A stretch of 64,000 bases of DNA from Octopus vulgaris (Eukaryota), in contig OX597830.1 in the NCBI GenBank assembly GCA_951406725.2, forward strand, positions 32,674,001 through 32,738,000. Reading direction: 5' to 3'. The notes beneath the pieces are model-generated. The model had not been told where the DNA came from. It did not search any database and saw nothing but the letters and a program-made list of their open reading frames with translations. Position numbers and translations under genes: made by a program. Positions 37,534 through 50,529 of the stretch are shown in pieces; the stretch's first letter is position 1, and each line of letters starts with the position of its first letter.

Positions 37534-37777
37534 GTATGTACATTCATATGCAGTAGGTCTTTATAAGTTTTCTATAGTTATATGGTGTTTAAATATAATT
37601 TTACTAACGTGCACAAACACACACACACACACACATGTATACACACACACACACACATGTATACACACACACACACACACACACACATATGTATACATAT
37701 ATGTATGTTCTGTCTGACCTCTGCAAGCATAGAAAAGCAGTTTTTAAAGAATGATGACGACGATGGTTACAATGGCA

Positions 37778-37985
37778 TATCATCTTCATCAGCATCCTGT
37801 TTTACATGAATCTTCCATGCTGGCATTAGACTATGGTTTCACAAGAACCAATGAGCCATGAAACAACACTGAGCTCCAATTCATTTGCTTTGGTATGATC
37901 TCTGTGGCATGATGCCCACTCTTATGCAAACCACCTTACAGAATGTACTGGGTGCTTTTATTTTTCGTGGTACATGCACTAAGAA
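37778..37985 (-). mobile_element. Old family-C element
   Basis: CATCTTCATC...CTTCCATGCTGGCAT...GATGCCC...CAAACCAC..TACAGAATGTACTGGGTGCTTT. Confidence 0.55.
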
Positions 37986-39334
37986 GGTCACTGAATATCT
38001 TACAAGGCAAGACCCTTTGGTTGAGTACGGGAGTAATATTGGAGAGGGTAGCTTTATGCCAGGTGTTGAGAAATTGAAATATGATGGTGAGCCTGAGATA
38101 CATAACTACCCCAGTAAGAACGGGAGAGAAAAAGGTGGTGTAGTCTTACCTTCAAAATACAAGGTGAATAGAACTGAGAATAGGGATAGAGGATTAGAAA
38201 GGGTGTGTAGGTAAATAGATAGGTAAATCTGCGAGATTGTGAAAGGGGAGTGACAGATGGTTAAAGATGGGGGTAGAGGTGAACACAGGGACTGGGGTAT
38301 ATGGAAGGAGGTGTGTACAATGATGAACTTCAGTTTGTGACAGGGGACATGGAAGAAATAGAAGTGAATTAGGGAAGTGGAGGAAGAGTTGTCGAATGAC
38401 AATCATAGGGAGATGTGAAGTGTTGGGGAAAAGGGGTACATGGCATAATTTACAGTACATTAGTGAGTTGTGCCATAGTTAGAAGAGTGATGAAGGAATG
38501 GGTGTTAAAAGATGAGATGCAGAAGAAAGCTTAACAGGATCTCATTTTTGCTGAGATGGACAGGTCTTCTCACTTAGCTTATCAAATTGCCGTAATAAAG
38601 CATTGGGCAAATGTTGTACAAATACTGAACAGATGTCATTCTGCCCTAAGTGCCATGCAGTGGCAACTGGCCTGAAACCATTGTACCATGTCTGAAAAAT
38701 TATATATTGCTTATATATTACACATATTATTTTACACATAATAGAAGCCAATTCTTTTAATCACATAACGTTATCAAAGAGATATTGTTATAAAAAATAT
38801 ATATAATGTGTCCCAAACACACTCAGAGTCTTAATATGTCTCCTGCTTAATGTTATCAACCAGCAATTATTATCTAGAAGTTTCCATCCCAAAATGATCA
38901 CAAAAAGCAGCTCCCACTGTATCTATATTAATATATATTAAATATATATGACATATTCATATATCATTCTATATCATATAATAGCCTTTATATAGAAATA
39001 CTATATTAATAAATGCCTTCTATTTAATTTACATCATTTGTGAATATGCATTCATTTATACATGATTCATGTATCATTTATCACGAGTATATATTGTGAA
39101 TATATTTATATAATTGTCATCTATACATCATTTCTCTATTGTTTATATATAATTTATATATTTGCCCATGTATTAGATTTTTACATTTGTATACAACATT
39201 TGTACATACATATAGTTTCTTTGTTTTATACAGCATTTATGCATGTATATATTGATTGTTGCACATATGTGCATATACTTTATATATTTTTATATAATTT
39301 ACATATTTTTAATATATATGTGTTTATATACATA

Positions 39335-39387
<53 letters not shown>

Positions 39388-39416
39388 GTATATATATATG
39401 TATGTATATATATATG

Positions 39417-39464
<48 letters not shown>

Positions 39465-39869
39465 TATGTTTGTGCATGTATGTATGGGTGTTTGTGTGCA
39501 TGTGTTCTTTCAGTATGATTTATAAATTAATACATGTATATATTTAAATATCAGTGTATGTTCTATACATGTAATTTGTGAACATTTCATTTATATAACA
39601 ATTAACTATTGTTTATATAACATTATATGTTTACATATATTTTTTATACATTAATCTGCAGTTGTGCATCATTTATATGCTAATCTACACACACACACAC
39701 ACACGTTTATATATATATTTTCATATTCACAAATGATATGTCTATGAGCATATCTTTCTTAAAATCCATGTGTAATTCATATAATTTTTATCTTTAATTT
39801 ATCAATTAAACATACATAAACACTTAGATATACATACGTACTTATATATTGTAATTGTTCCATCTTTGC

Positions 39870-42322
39870 AGATGATTACCATCTCTCTAAGCTTCCTCAT
39901 TGTCAATAGCATTTCTGACATTCCGTTTATGACCTCTCTGATGATTATTCAATCCCACTGCAGATCGGCATGCTCTGCAACGTAGGTGTCAGAAAATAGT
40001 TGTATATTCCAATGGATAAGATCTCCATGAACAACCATATATCTCTACAATCTGTATTTTGTTTAAATATATTTTTCCTGGCAGTAATTTATCAAAGATT
40101 GATTTTATTTTTTGCGTGTACATTAACTCTGCCGGAGACTTTTCTGAATTGGTATACCTGGATTGTGTGTTACTCTATACACCCTCAACAATTTTGTTAC
40201 CTACATCATTCATTGCTGTTTTTAATGCTTGCTTTAAAGTACCAACAAATTTTTCCACCTGCCCATTTGACCTCAGATGGTTGGGCAGGTTTAAAATATG
40301 CCTTATCACATGTATTTTGCAGAAATATCCATTATCTGATTCCAACGTGTCTGGAACACCGTATCGGGCAAATAATTCATGCAGGGACTTTGTTGTTGTC
40401 TTTGTGTTTGACTTATTGCATCTGCATACCTCTGACCACTTTGTACCACTATTAACAATGATTAGATTGTATGTGCCATTCATCGGTCCAGTGTAGTTGA
40501 TATGTATCCTGGACCATGAACTATCTGTATCAGGCCATGATTGGTATTTCACCTGTGGTACCTTGCCTGCTAGCACACAACCTCTACATGATTTTATACA
40601 ATTTTCAATGTCCCGGTCCATTGCCGGCCAATATACATAGCTCCTCATTAAGGCTTTCATTCTCAACATTCCTGGGTGTCCACTGTGGAATTCCTGCAAT
40701 ACTAGTTTCTATAGTGCAATTGGTACAACCACTATTTGTGCATACATTAAAGCATCGTCACATAGTGAAAAATTATTAGAATTTGTATATTTATTTTGCT
40801 TATTTTTCAACATTTCTTTCATTCTTGTAATGTAATTATCCTCTGCAAATTTCATTTTTATATCATGCACTATTACTGGCAGTTCATGAATAAAATTACA
40901 CATAACTCTTTTAATTAATTTTGTCTTGAATTCAGCTGTTGAGTTCTTTTCACTGGTGGGGCAGCCATTTAAGTTTTTACAGTACTGGTTTATTGGGAGA
41001 TCCTATAAATCAAATAACTCCAACCAGTTGGTACCAAACAGATTGGTTGTGTTCTTTATGATGAAAACTTTCACCTTGCACGTTTTTCCACAAAATGTGA
41101 CATCATTGAACACTTCGCCTTCAAAGTGTAGTTTGCTACCTGTCATGCCATGTGCATGACAGGTTTTTTGCTGTTTTTCTTAACATAGGTTTCCCTATTT
41201 TCTTCCACGTGTTGGTGTTAATGATTAAAATGTCACTACCAGTATCCAGTTGTAATTTAATATATACTCCATTTACTTTTACGTGTACAAATTTCCTTAT
41301 TTGGGAATCGATTTTACTTTCTTCTGGGAGCACTTTAGAATTTTTACATTTGACCTTCATACTTTTGTTCTGCAGTGTGAACTCTTGTGTCCAAATTTTT
41401 GATAACTGTAGAATTTTTATTTTCAAAGGACAATCTTTTCTGAAATGTAGGCCTCCACATCTGTAACATCATGGATTAAGATCTAACAACCTTCTTTGGT
41501 TAGACTTTCTTGGCCGATATATCTGCATTTTTGTGAAATCCTTTTCTTGAATTTTTCTTTCTCATGTTTCTGGTTTACCATCATTTGACACTCTTCTGCA
41601 ACAGCCTACAGGGTTAAATCTTGGTTTGCTTGCTCAAGATTTGAAAGAATTCTTGCCTGTATTTCTGTATCTTCATTTGCTGTAAGGCCTTGTACAAAAA
41701 TGAGGCACTTAAACATCTCAAGAGTAAGTTCTTTAAGTTTAAAACTTTCACACATTCTGTTGACTGTTCCTGCTTACATAATAAAGTCATCATCCTCTTT
41801 TTTACTTAAATTCCAACACTCCATGCGAGTGTTATATAGAGAACTTTTATCACTAGACATGTTAGACAGTAATTTAATTGTTTCCTGAAAACAAATTTCA
41901 CTAGACATTTTGGGCAATATGAAATTACAGTATCGTTCATGATCAGACGGAGCTAATTTACGTAATAATAACCTTACTTTTTCTTCATCCAACCATGTCT
42001 TGCAAGCTGCCTTTCAAAATCTTTTCGTTCCTTCTGCAGTACACTGCAAAAGTTATATCCTCCTCTGGGTTATAACAGAATTCTGTTATAGAGTTTGATA
42101 CACCATTTGATGGAAACAAACTGCATTTTTGGACTTCTTTGCATATAGTGCCAATAGTTGTTGTTGTTGTTGTTGTTATATTAGCTGCTTCTGCAACTCC
42201 TGTTGCTGTTGTTGTTGTTTTTGCAACTGTTGTAGATGCTAATAGGTCTTCCATCATTTAACAAGTTGTATCATGAACAAATTGTTAAATAACCTACGTG
42301 AGCTTTGAAACCCTCATAGCCA
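39870..42322 (-). mobile_element. Ty3/Gypsy LTR retrotransposon internal remnant (gag, Zn knuckle, protease, integrase; RT/RNase H absent), pseudogenized
   Basis: Gag LLLRKLAPSDHERYCNFILPK; CYRCGGLHFRKDCP knuckle (41430-41468); protease LQLDTGSDIL (41238-46); integrase HSGHPG..RMKALMRSYVYWP..C..C, WSRIHINYTGP, SDNG, SNGQVE; PBS-like TGGCTATGAGGG at 42322-42311. Confidence 0.92.
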
Positions 42323-42324
42323 GA

Positions 42325-42695
42325 TGTTGTATCCTCTGTCTCCAGTGTTGGGGTACCACCACGATATCGTGATGGATGATTTTGACACACACTGTATCAG
42401 TGTAATAAAAATAAACAAGATAATGATGCAGCCGTAACAACAACGTAATGACCCAACAATCTCTTCATGAACCAACAATCAATATTCCACATGAACTAAC
42501 CATCCAACACCTTCCAACTTCTCTGCGAATTCAACTCGAAATAACCCACAAACTTCACTCTGACTGCTACAATTTATAATTGCTTGGTCCAGTCTATTCC
42601 TTGCAAGGGGGTGTTGTGACTTTCATCACGAAATATAATAAGAGGACAGACATAATATCCAGGTGGATACGCAGTTAGTGCAATTGAAACACATG
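42325..42695 (-). mobile_element. Probable 5' LTR of the Gypsy remnant
   Basis: On the minus strand ...ACAACA ends 2 nt before the PBS-like TGG; the outer boundary is uncertain; no second LTR is visible. Confidence 0.55.
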
Positions 42696-42817
42696 TCAGA
42701 CAATTATTATGAACAAACTAACTGGAAATTTTTTATTATTATATATATGTATGTGCATGTGTGTGTATAAAACTATATATATGTACACAGAATGCAGATG
42801 CAACACACATGCATACA

Positions 42818-42850
<33 letters not shown>

Positions 42851-43678
42851 GTATATAAATATATAATATATATTTATAATATACATATGTGTGTGTATAT
42901 ATGTAAAAATATATATATGTATGTATGTATATATATATTTGACATATGTATATACACGGACACAGTGAGAGATGCAGGCACACGGATATATACACAAACC
43001 ACAAACCACAAACCACAAGTACACACACACACAGACAGACAGACACACACACACACATCACATATATATGGAAAAAAGGGAAAAACAAACTCCCTTATAT
43101 TACATTCAGATTATTTGTTATTAGAGATGGAATTATGGAAATTAATTCTCGCTTATTGATTTCTTTAATTGTTCATAATGAATGAATTGATGAAGAATTT
43201 TGTTGAAATGTCTCATACTGTGCAACTTAAACCATAAAACTGTATTCAGTGTTGCATTAGGAGCAGAGAAACAAGTACAGATATTCAGGCCCAGCGGGGG
43301 ATTGCTTTAGTGCACTGTTTAACAACTTTTACTTCGCTCTCACCAAATGTATTTTTGTAATTTACTTTATATATATTTTTTTGTTTTGTTCGTTTGTTTG
43401 CTTTTGTTTTTATTTTTACTTATTTTGATTTTTGGTTTTGCTGTTTTTTTAATTATCATTTTTATGTCTTTTTTTTTTTATTTTGACATTCGTAATGTTG
43501 TTGTTATTGTTATTGGCAGTGATAGTGGTTGTTGTTGTTGTGTTTTTGGTGGTGGTGGTGGTGGTGGTGGAGGGTATTATTGTTTGTTTGTCACTTGTTT
43601 CTTTGAAGAACTGTCTGTATGTTTTGTATGTATAGTAAGTATGTATTTATGTGCATATATACATACATATATACATAC

Positions 43679-43725
<47 letters not shown>

Positions 43726-43792
43726 GTTGTTGTTATTGTTATTGGCAGTGATAGTGGTTGTTGTTGTTGTGTTGGTGACCATTCCGAAATAT

Positions 43793-43837
<45 letters not shown>

Positions 43838-43850
43838 AACATATATATAG

Positions 43851-43928
<78 letters not shown>

Positions 43929-44220
43929 GTTTCTATCTCTCCCTGCTCTTTCTCTGTATACACACACATATATACACACACACACATCCATACATATACA
44001 TATTTGCTTATATCTACATATATACATACATACACACACACACACATATATATGTATATGTGTGTGTACGTATTGTGTGTGTGTATGTGCATATTTGCAT
44101 GTATAGTTATACATATATATACACATTCATAAAAATGTAAACTCATATATGTGCGTGTATAATTTTTTGGTCCTGCTCAAAACATTTAATTATTCTATTT
44201 AATATTTGTTTTCTTTTCAG

Positions 44221-44439
44221 CCAATACAAATACAAAACTCATCACCACACAAACTCTCCAACACAAACTCACATGCAACCACATGACCCTATGCAAAATC
44301 ATTACTTCTAAATAAACAACTATTGCACAGAATCAACATCCGCATCCCACAGACACACCATGGCTTACTCTGTATCCTATAAAAATGCATTACCATCTTA
44401 TTATTTCAAAGTCTGAAGATTCTTGTCCAAGAAGCAAAT
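44221..44439 (+). other. Candidate 219-nt internal exon, probably non-coding or UTR
   Basis: TTTGTTTTCTTTTCAG| acceptor and |GTAAGT donor bracket unique sequence; stops in all three frames. Confidence 0.4.
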
Positions 44440-44599
44440 GTAAGTCAGAGTGAGGTTTTGAACTTTCCTGTATCCACAAAAAAACTCACTTGATTGAATG
44501 TATTGAGTCCTTTTTCTCACATGTAAGAGTATCTACTACAGTTACTCTTCATATTTGTGAGTGAAATTAGACAGACAGAAAGCAGATGGAAGCTCCTGA

Positions 44600-44850
44600 G
44601 ATTCTTTTATTCTTTTACATGTTTCAGTAATTTTAACTGTGGCCATACTGGAGCACCACCTTGAAGGTTTTTTTAAAATTTTAGTCAACGAAATCGACGC
44701 CATGACTTATTCTTTGTAAGCCTGTAACTTATTCTATCAGTCTCTTTTGCTGAAACGCTAAGTTACAGTAATGTAAATACACCACCATCAGTTGTCTAGT
44801 GATGGTGGGAGAAAAGGCACAGACACAATCACAAACACACACACACACAT
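44600..44850 (-). mobile_element. Family-A SINE 3' half
   Basis: TTCTTTTACATGTTTCAGT...GGCCATACTGGAGCACC...CTTATTCTATCAGTCTCTTTTGCTGAA. Confidence 0.85.
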
Positions 44851-45055
44851 AATATGCACATATGAGAGGTTTTAGTAGCCAGAAGGCACAAAAGGCAGGT
44901 AAGGCTACGTAAGCATTACAGAAGGACCGCTGTTAAACTCCCGGTTCAATAATAGCATGAGTGAGGTGTCTAAGATTGGTCATGTGTGAGTGTGTATATA
45001 TTAAACAAAGCCAAGGCAATGTGATATTCCTAGGACATACATAAATAGAAAGGTG

Positions 45056-45103
45056 GCCTTACAGCTGTTTCAGGAAAATAAATGTTATCCCATCATCAGA
45101 GAC
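45056..45103 (-). ncRNA. Minimal type I hammerhead ribozyme motif
   Basis: GTCT-CTGATGA-T-GGGATAA..TTTTCCT-GAAAC-AGCT-GTA-AGGC: intact core, stem I GUCU/AGGC, palindromic ACAGCTGT stem III. Confidence 0.65.
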
Positions 45104-45307
45104 GAGTCAATACAGTTTAGTAGAGTTCATTTTATAAGAAATTATTTTGGAAAGAGAGAGAAAGTATAAATTATAAAAGGAAATATGAAAATAATAAAAC
45201 AAATACATGTTGGATGTTAAAAATTTCCCTTTATACTTTTTACAGTATATCGCTCCCTTTCCAAACTAACTTATAAAATGAACTCAACTAATTCCTTCTT
45301 TTAACTC

Positions 45308-45355
45308 GTCTCTGATGATGAGATATCATTATTTTCCCTGAAACAGCTGTAAGGT
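45308..45355 (+). ncRNA. Minimal type I hammerhead ribozyme motif
   Basis: GTCT-CTGATGA-TGAGATATCATTATTTTCCCT-GAAAC-AGCT-GTA-AGGT; stem II partly eroded. Confidence 0.6.
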
Positions 45356-45449
45356 CACCTTTCTATTCATAAATGTCCTAGAAATATCACATTGCTTTGG
45401 CCTTGTTATCTTATTTTATTTAACATGTATTATATATATATGTGTGTGT

Positions 45450-45925
45450 GTATGACAGGCTTCCTTCAGTTTCCATCTACTAAATCCACTCACTTGCCCA
45501 AGATGTCATACAGTGGGACTGAACCCAGAACCAGGTGGCTGGGTAGCAAGCTTCTTACTTCACAGCCCTGTCTGCACCTGTACTGTATGTTTCTTGTATC
45601 TTTTATTTGTTTGTCATTTGACAGTGGCCATGCTGGGGCACCACGTTAAAGGATTTTTAGCCAAAGGAATTGATCCTAGTACTTCTTTTCTTTTTAAGCC
45701 TGGTTCTTATTCTATCAGTCTCTTTTGCCAAACTGCTAAGTTACGGGGATGTAAACACACCAACCCTGGTTATCAAGTGGTACTGAAGACAAACTCAGAC
45801 ACACACACACATGTATACACAATGAGCTTCTTTCAGTTTCATCTCTTGCAAATACACTCGCAAAGGTTTGATTTAGTAAAAGACACTTGTCCAAGGTGTC
45901 ATACAGTGGGACTGAACCCAGAATA
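45450..45925 (-). mobile_element. Two family-A SINE copies (head 45450-45580; near-full copy 45595-45925)
   Basis: CAAG.TGTCATACAGTGGGACTGAACCCAGAA is present twice; other family-A segments match. Confidence 0.8.
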
Positions 45926-46055
45926 ACAATAAAAGGCCTTTCTTTCAACTGTTGTATTTGTTAGGCAAACTAATGGACAGAATCACAAAAAAAGAGAAAA
46001 AAATCAAGGGAATAACAAATAATAGACCTATTTTTCAACTACCATATTTGCTCAC

Positions 46056-46337
46056 CTGAATTGCTATTTTCCTCACTTCTTTCACCAGTTCGATTGTTCG
46101 CATCACTCACATTACTTTCATAAGTATTCTTCATCTGAAGAATAAATGCCATAACTGATTTCCTCAAATGCAAAGAATCTAAGATTTGGTCATTTTTTTC
46201 GTAAACTTTCCCTATATAGCAGGAACATGATGGGATGGGGTTAATACTGAATGTCATAGAATTAAATCCATCTCATGGTTAAACTCCCCTACCTGGCATT
46301 TGGTGGGGTTCTCTTCAGCAGATGGAATACAACCCAT
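46056..46337 (-). CDS. Candidate first two coding exons (46337-46293 and 46134-46056) of an unidentified host gene: MGCIPSAEENPTKCQ/MKNTYESNVSDANNRTGERSEENSNS(G)
   Basis: ATG at 46337; CAG|GTAGGG donor; TTTATTCTTCAG| acceptor (158-nt phase-0 intron); CAG|GTGAGC donor at 46056/46055; MGCxxS matches the N-myristoylation consensus. No homology recognised. Confidence 0.35.
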
Positions 46338-47186
46338 TGTGAGCATTTAGATCAGGTCACCAATCTACGGAATACATTCCTCCCTCTCTTCCATCTTTCT
46401 TCCTTCCCTCGGGCCAATCTAAAAAAATTTGTTGCTGGCGCTCTGTACTGTAGAGAGGATGCAATTGTCACAGGGGCAGGAATGATGGGTGAGGAGGGCA
46501 ACGTCAAATTAATGTTGGATACAGATTTGTCATCAATGGTGTCCCGATATGACCCAACAAGAATATTCGTAATTCTTAATTGTCTGCATCCAAAATTATT
46601 ACTAATTTGTTTTATTCGTTTTTTGCTGTTGTTGTTGTTGTTGTTGTTGTTGTTTTATTGTTGTGTTGTTGTTGTTTGTACTATTATTGTCGTCGTTGTT
46701 CAATGTGATTGCCTAATTACGTATCTAATGAGTTATTCATTGCCTATTTGGGTACTGAGGAGCGACTAAACTACTAACGTCTCCTACAGCTTGAATGTCT
46801 CATCAAACAGACAATCAGATTTATGATAGCATATGTAGAATTATTCCAGTCTGCACTCTTCGTTCAGAAACCAATAATACACAAGTGACATACATTGGTT
46901 GTTGATTCCTTTCCTTCCTTCTTTCTTTCTTTCTTTCTTTACCCTTCTGCCTCACTTTCCCTTTCCCCTCTCTTTTGAATTTATTGACTTGCTTTGTTTT
47001 TGTTTATTTAATTTCGTTTCATTTTTGCATTTATTTATTTTCTCGTTCTTGTTGTTGACGATTCATTTGTGTGAACGAATTTTTACAGTAATTCATCTAT
47101 GTATTTATTTTACATCATTCTTATATCATCACCATCCTTATCATTTTCACTCCCACGCCCTCCTCTTTCTTCTTCTTCTTCTTCTT

Positions 47187-47217
<31 letters not shown>

Positions 47218-47413
47218 TTATTATTATTATTATTAGTAGTAGTAGTAGTAGTAGTAGGGATGGTAGTGGTGCTGGTGGTAGTAGTAGTAGTATTAGCCCT
47301 GGTGTTGTTATTATCTTTATTATCACCATCGTTTTCTAATTTTCTTCTTGACAACATTGATTCAAACCCCTTGAAAAATAATTAACAAATTCAAGATTTT
47401 ATTCAGTTTTATT

Positions 47414-47448
<35 letters not shown>

Positions 47449-48238
47449 ATTTGTATTATATACATGTATCACATATACACACATAAAGATATACATACAT
47501 ACATATATATATATATGTACAAATACACATGCATACATATATATGCATACATGTGTGTCTATAGAGACGCATATACATACATACATACACACATACATAC
47601 ATGCATACATACACATATGTCTCTATATATGCATGTTTGTATGTTGACATTTTTTGTCTCTAAGTATAAAATAAAACAAAAACAATCAAATAAATATATA
47701 AATGAACTTCTTGGTGAAATATTTTTCCAGCCAATTTGCTGGAACTACCAAAATTCTTCTAGTGTTCATGCAACCATTTAATTTTGTTAATTTAGTCGTA
47801 GCTTTTAGTAGTAACCTCGTTATAGATTTTCGGCTTGGAACTTATCTGCAGCCAGTTTTTCCATTAAGACGCAATTATGCTGTAAATACGCACATTGTTC
47901 CTTATAATGCTAACGCTGCTCTTTTACTGACGGAACGGTAACTTCGGTGATACCAAAAGTTGTGCTGTGTTTATATAGTTAATGAACATGAAAAACTTTC
48001 ATTTGATTCTTGTAGAAATTTTTTCTTTGGTTTGTTTTATTTGTTTTTATGTTTTTTTCCTTTTTATGGTACTGTTATGTTATGTTGTGTGTGTTTGTGT
48101 GTGTATGTATGTATATGTATTGTACTATGTATGTATTATATATGAGTATAATAGGACGTATGTTATACCTACAAATGTATATAAATGTGTATGTGTGTGT
48201 GTGAATATATATATATATGTTTGTATATGTATATGTAC

Positions 48239-48269
<31 letters not shown>

Positions 48270-48554
48270 ATGCACAGACACACACACATACATAAATATA
48301 TAGATACATGCATACCTCAATATGATGTACATACATATATACATACCTACATACAAACATACATATGCATATATATATATACATATATATGCATATATAT
48401 ATATGCATATATATACACACACACACTTACACATATATACATAGATACATAGAAGCATTCATACATTAATATACTTGTATAAATATATATCTATCTTCAT
48501 ATATATACACACACACATAAACATACATACATACATGCATGCATACATATATAA

Positions 48555-48622
<68 letters not shown>

Positions 48623-48655
48623 GTATATATATATATACATGTATATATATATACA

Positions 48656-48757
<102 letters not shown>

Positions 48758-48772
48758 ATATATATACATATG

Positions 48773-48806
<34 letters not shown>

Positions 48807-49133
48807 ATTGTGTGTGTTTGCTTTCTTCAGAATGTTAATGGCCAATTTTCTGTTAGAAATGATGTCCCTCATTCTTTAATGTCCGTTCCTATGGCTGATG
48901 GTTTTGTATTGGTGATATTGTCGATAGGGGTGGTGGTGGTGGTGTTTGGTGGTGGTGGTGGTGGTGGTGGTGGTGAAGGTGGTAGCAGTGCTGTGATGAC
49001 AACGACGACGACGATTATGATGAGGATGATGATGATGATGAGTTGAGAGGGTTGATGGTAATGACGATGGTGTCAATGAAGACGAAAATAATAATAGTAA
49101 TGATGATAATAATAATAATAAAAATTATAATAA

Positions 49134-49199
<66 letters not shown>

Positions 49200-49499
49200 A
49201 ATAATAATAACAACAACAATAATAATAATAGTAATAATAATAACAATAATAATAATAACAATGATAATAATAGTAATAATAATAGTAATAATAATAAAAT
49301 AACATTGCAATGTGACGGTGATGAAGAAGATGGTGATGTCAATGATAATGCCAATGATAATGATGATGATGTTAATGATGAGTAATGTGACGATGTTATA
49401 TAAAGCTGTTGTTCTTTTTGTGTTTGTTATTGTAATTTACTGTGATGTTATTTGTTGTTATTATTGTCATTACGTTTGATTTAGTTGTCATCGTCGTTT

Positions 49500-50225
49500 G
49501 TTTGTTATCACTGTAATATCACAATAATATGATATTCAGCACACTTAGGTATAAGTAGAGTGATGATACATCAATTTTTATCTGTTTTCAGTTGATATCA
49601 CAATTATCACTGAATATTTTTGTTTGATATTTCGATGCCAAAAAAAGGCTGCAGGATATTCGATACTGAAAATAGTATTATGATACCGAAAATGGTGATA
49701 TAATATACAAAATTGTGTTTTGATTCTGTAGATGTTATGTATCCAAGATAGCATATGATATGCATATGGTAATTTTATATTAATGATGATACTATGATAT
49801 TGAAAATAGCAATATGATACCAAGGATAGCACTTCAATATTCTTGATAGCATTTTTGATATCATGAATGATATATGAAATACAGATGGTAATTTGACAAT
49901 GATGGTGATACTATGATATTGAAAATGGTATGAAAATATTATTTTGATATCAAAGATGTTATATGATATGGATATTATTATTTGATATTGAAGATGGTTA
50001 TATTAAGTTGAAAATGGTGCTTATAACAAAGAATATACTACCAAAAATATTTTGATACTGATGATGGGATTTTGATATCAAAGTTGGTTTATTGATAACG
50101 AATATGGTTATTATGATATCAAAATGTTATTATTGATAAAGAGAATAATATTTCCACATTCAAAACGATACTCAAATATCTAATTGAATTTTTAAAAATT
50201 GACATGATGCTTTGATACTAAAAAG
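49500..50225 (+). repeat. Highly degenerate TGATAT-rich low-complexity region
   Basis: Recurrent TTTTGATATC, ATGATATTGAAAAT and GATAGCA motifs without a fixed period. Confidence 0.6.
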
Positions 50226-50324
50226 ATTAATTTAGGTGTTGCATTATTGACAAGTTCTGGGTCTTCTGGACTTGCATACCTGCACCCTTTGGGCTGTGAG
50301 ATAACATTTCAAAGAATGTGACAA

Positions 50325-50490
50325 CATGAGATAATGTACATTATTTACATTATTTACATTTGATGGATATTTGTCTTCATCTTGTTTGTTGTTAACACAA
50401 CATTTCAGCTGATATACTTTCCAGCCTTCATCAGGTGTTTGGGGAAATTTCAAACCTGGGTTTTCATTCCGAAGGTATTTTTCAATATTA
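50325..50490 (-). mobile_element. Short interspersed element carrying a hammerhead-like motif (50394-50439)
   Basis: Minus strand AACAC-CTGATGA-A-GGCTGGA..TCAGCT-GAAAT-GTT-GTGTT; stem I AACAC/GTGTT; followed by repeated ATGTAAATA and preceded by (TAA)n. Confidence 0.55.
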
Positions 50491-50529
50491 TTATTATTAT
50501 TATCAAATACTGCAGAAATTGGAATATTC

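Larger units (their letters stand above)
45004..45410. mobile_element. Foldback element (~185-bp inverted arms), probably two inverted Penelope-type pseudo-LTR fragments
   Basis: 45004-45185 is a diverged reverse complement of 45222-45408; each arm carries a hammerhead motif. Confidence 0.8.

Noticed and set aside
40000-40779. Plus-strand ORFs of 87-151 aa
   Set aside because: They are antisense shadows of the Gypsy integrase.
46275-46769. 164-aa plus-strand ORF and the antisense 77-codon frame 46583-46352
   Set aside because: No recognisable motif; the plus ORF runs through a (TTG)n repeat; the region is more simply explained as UTR.
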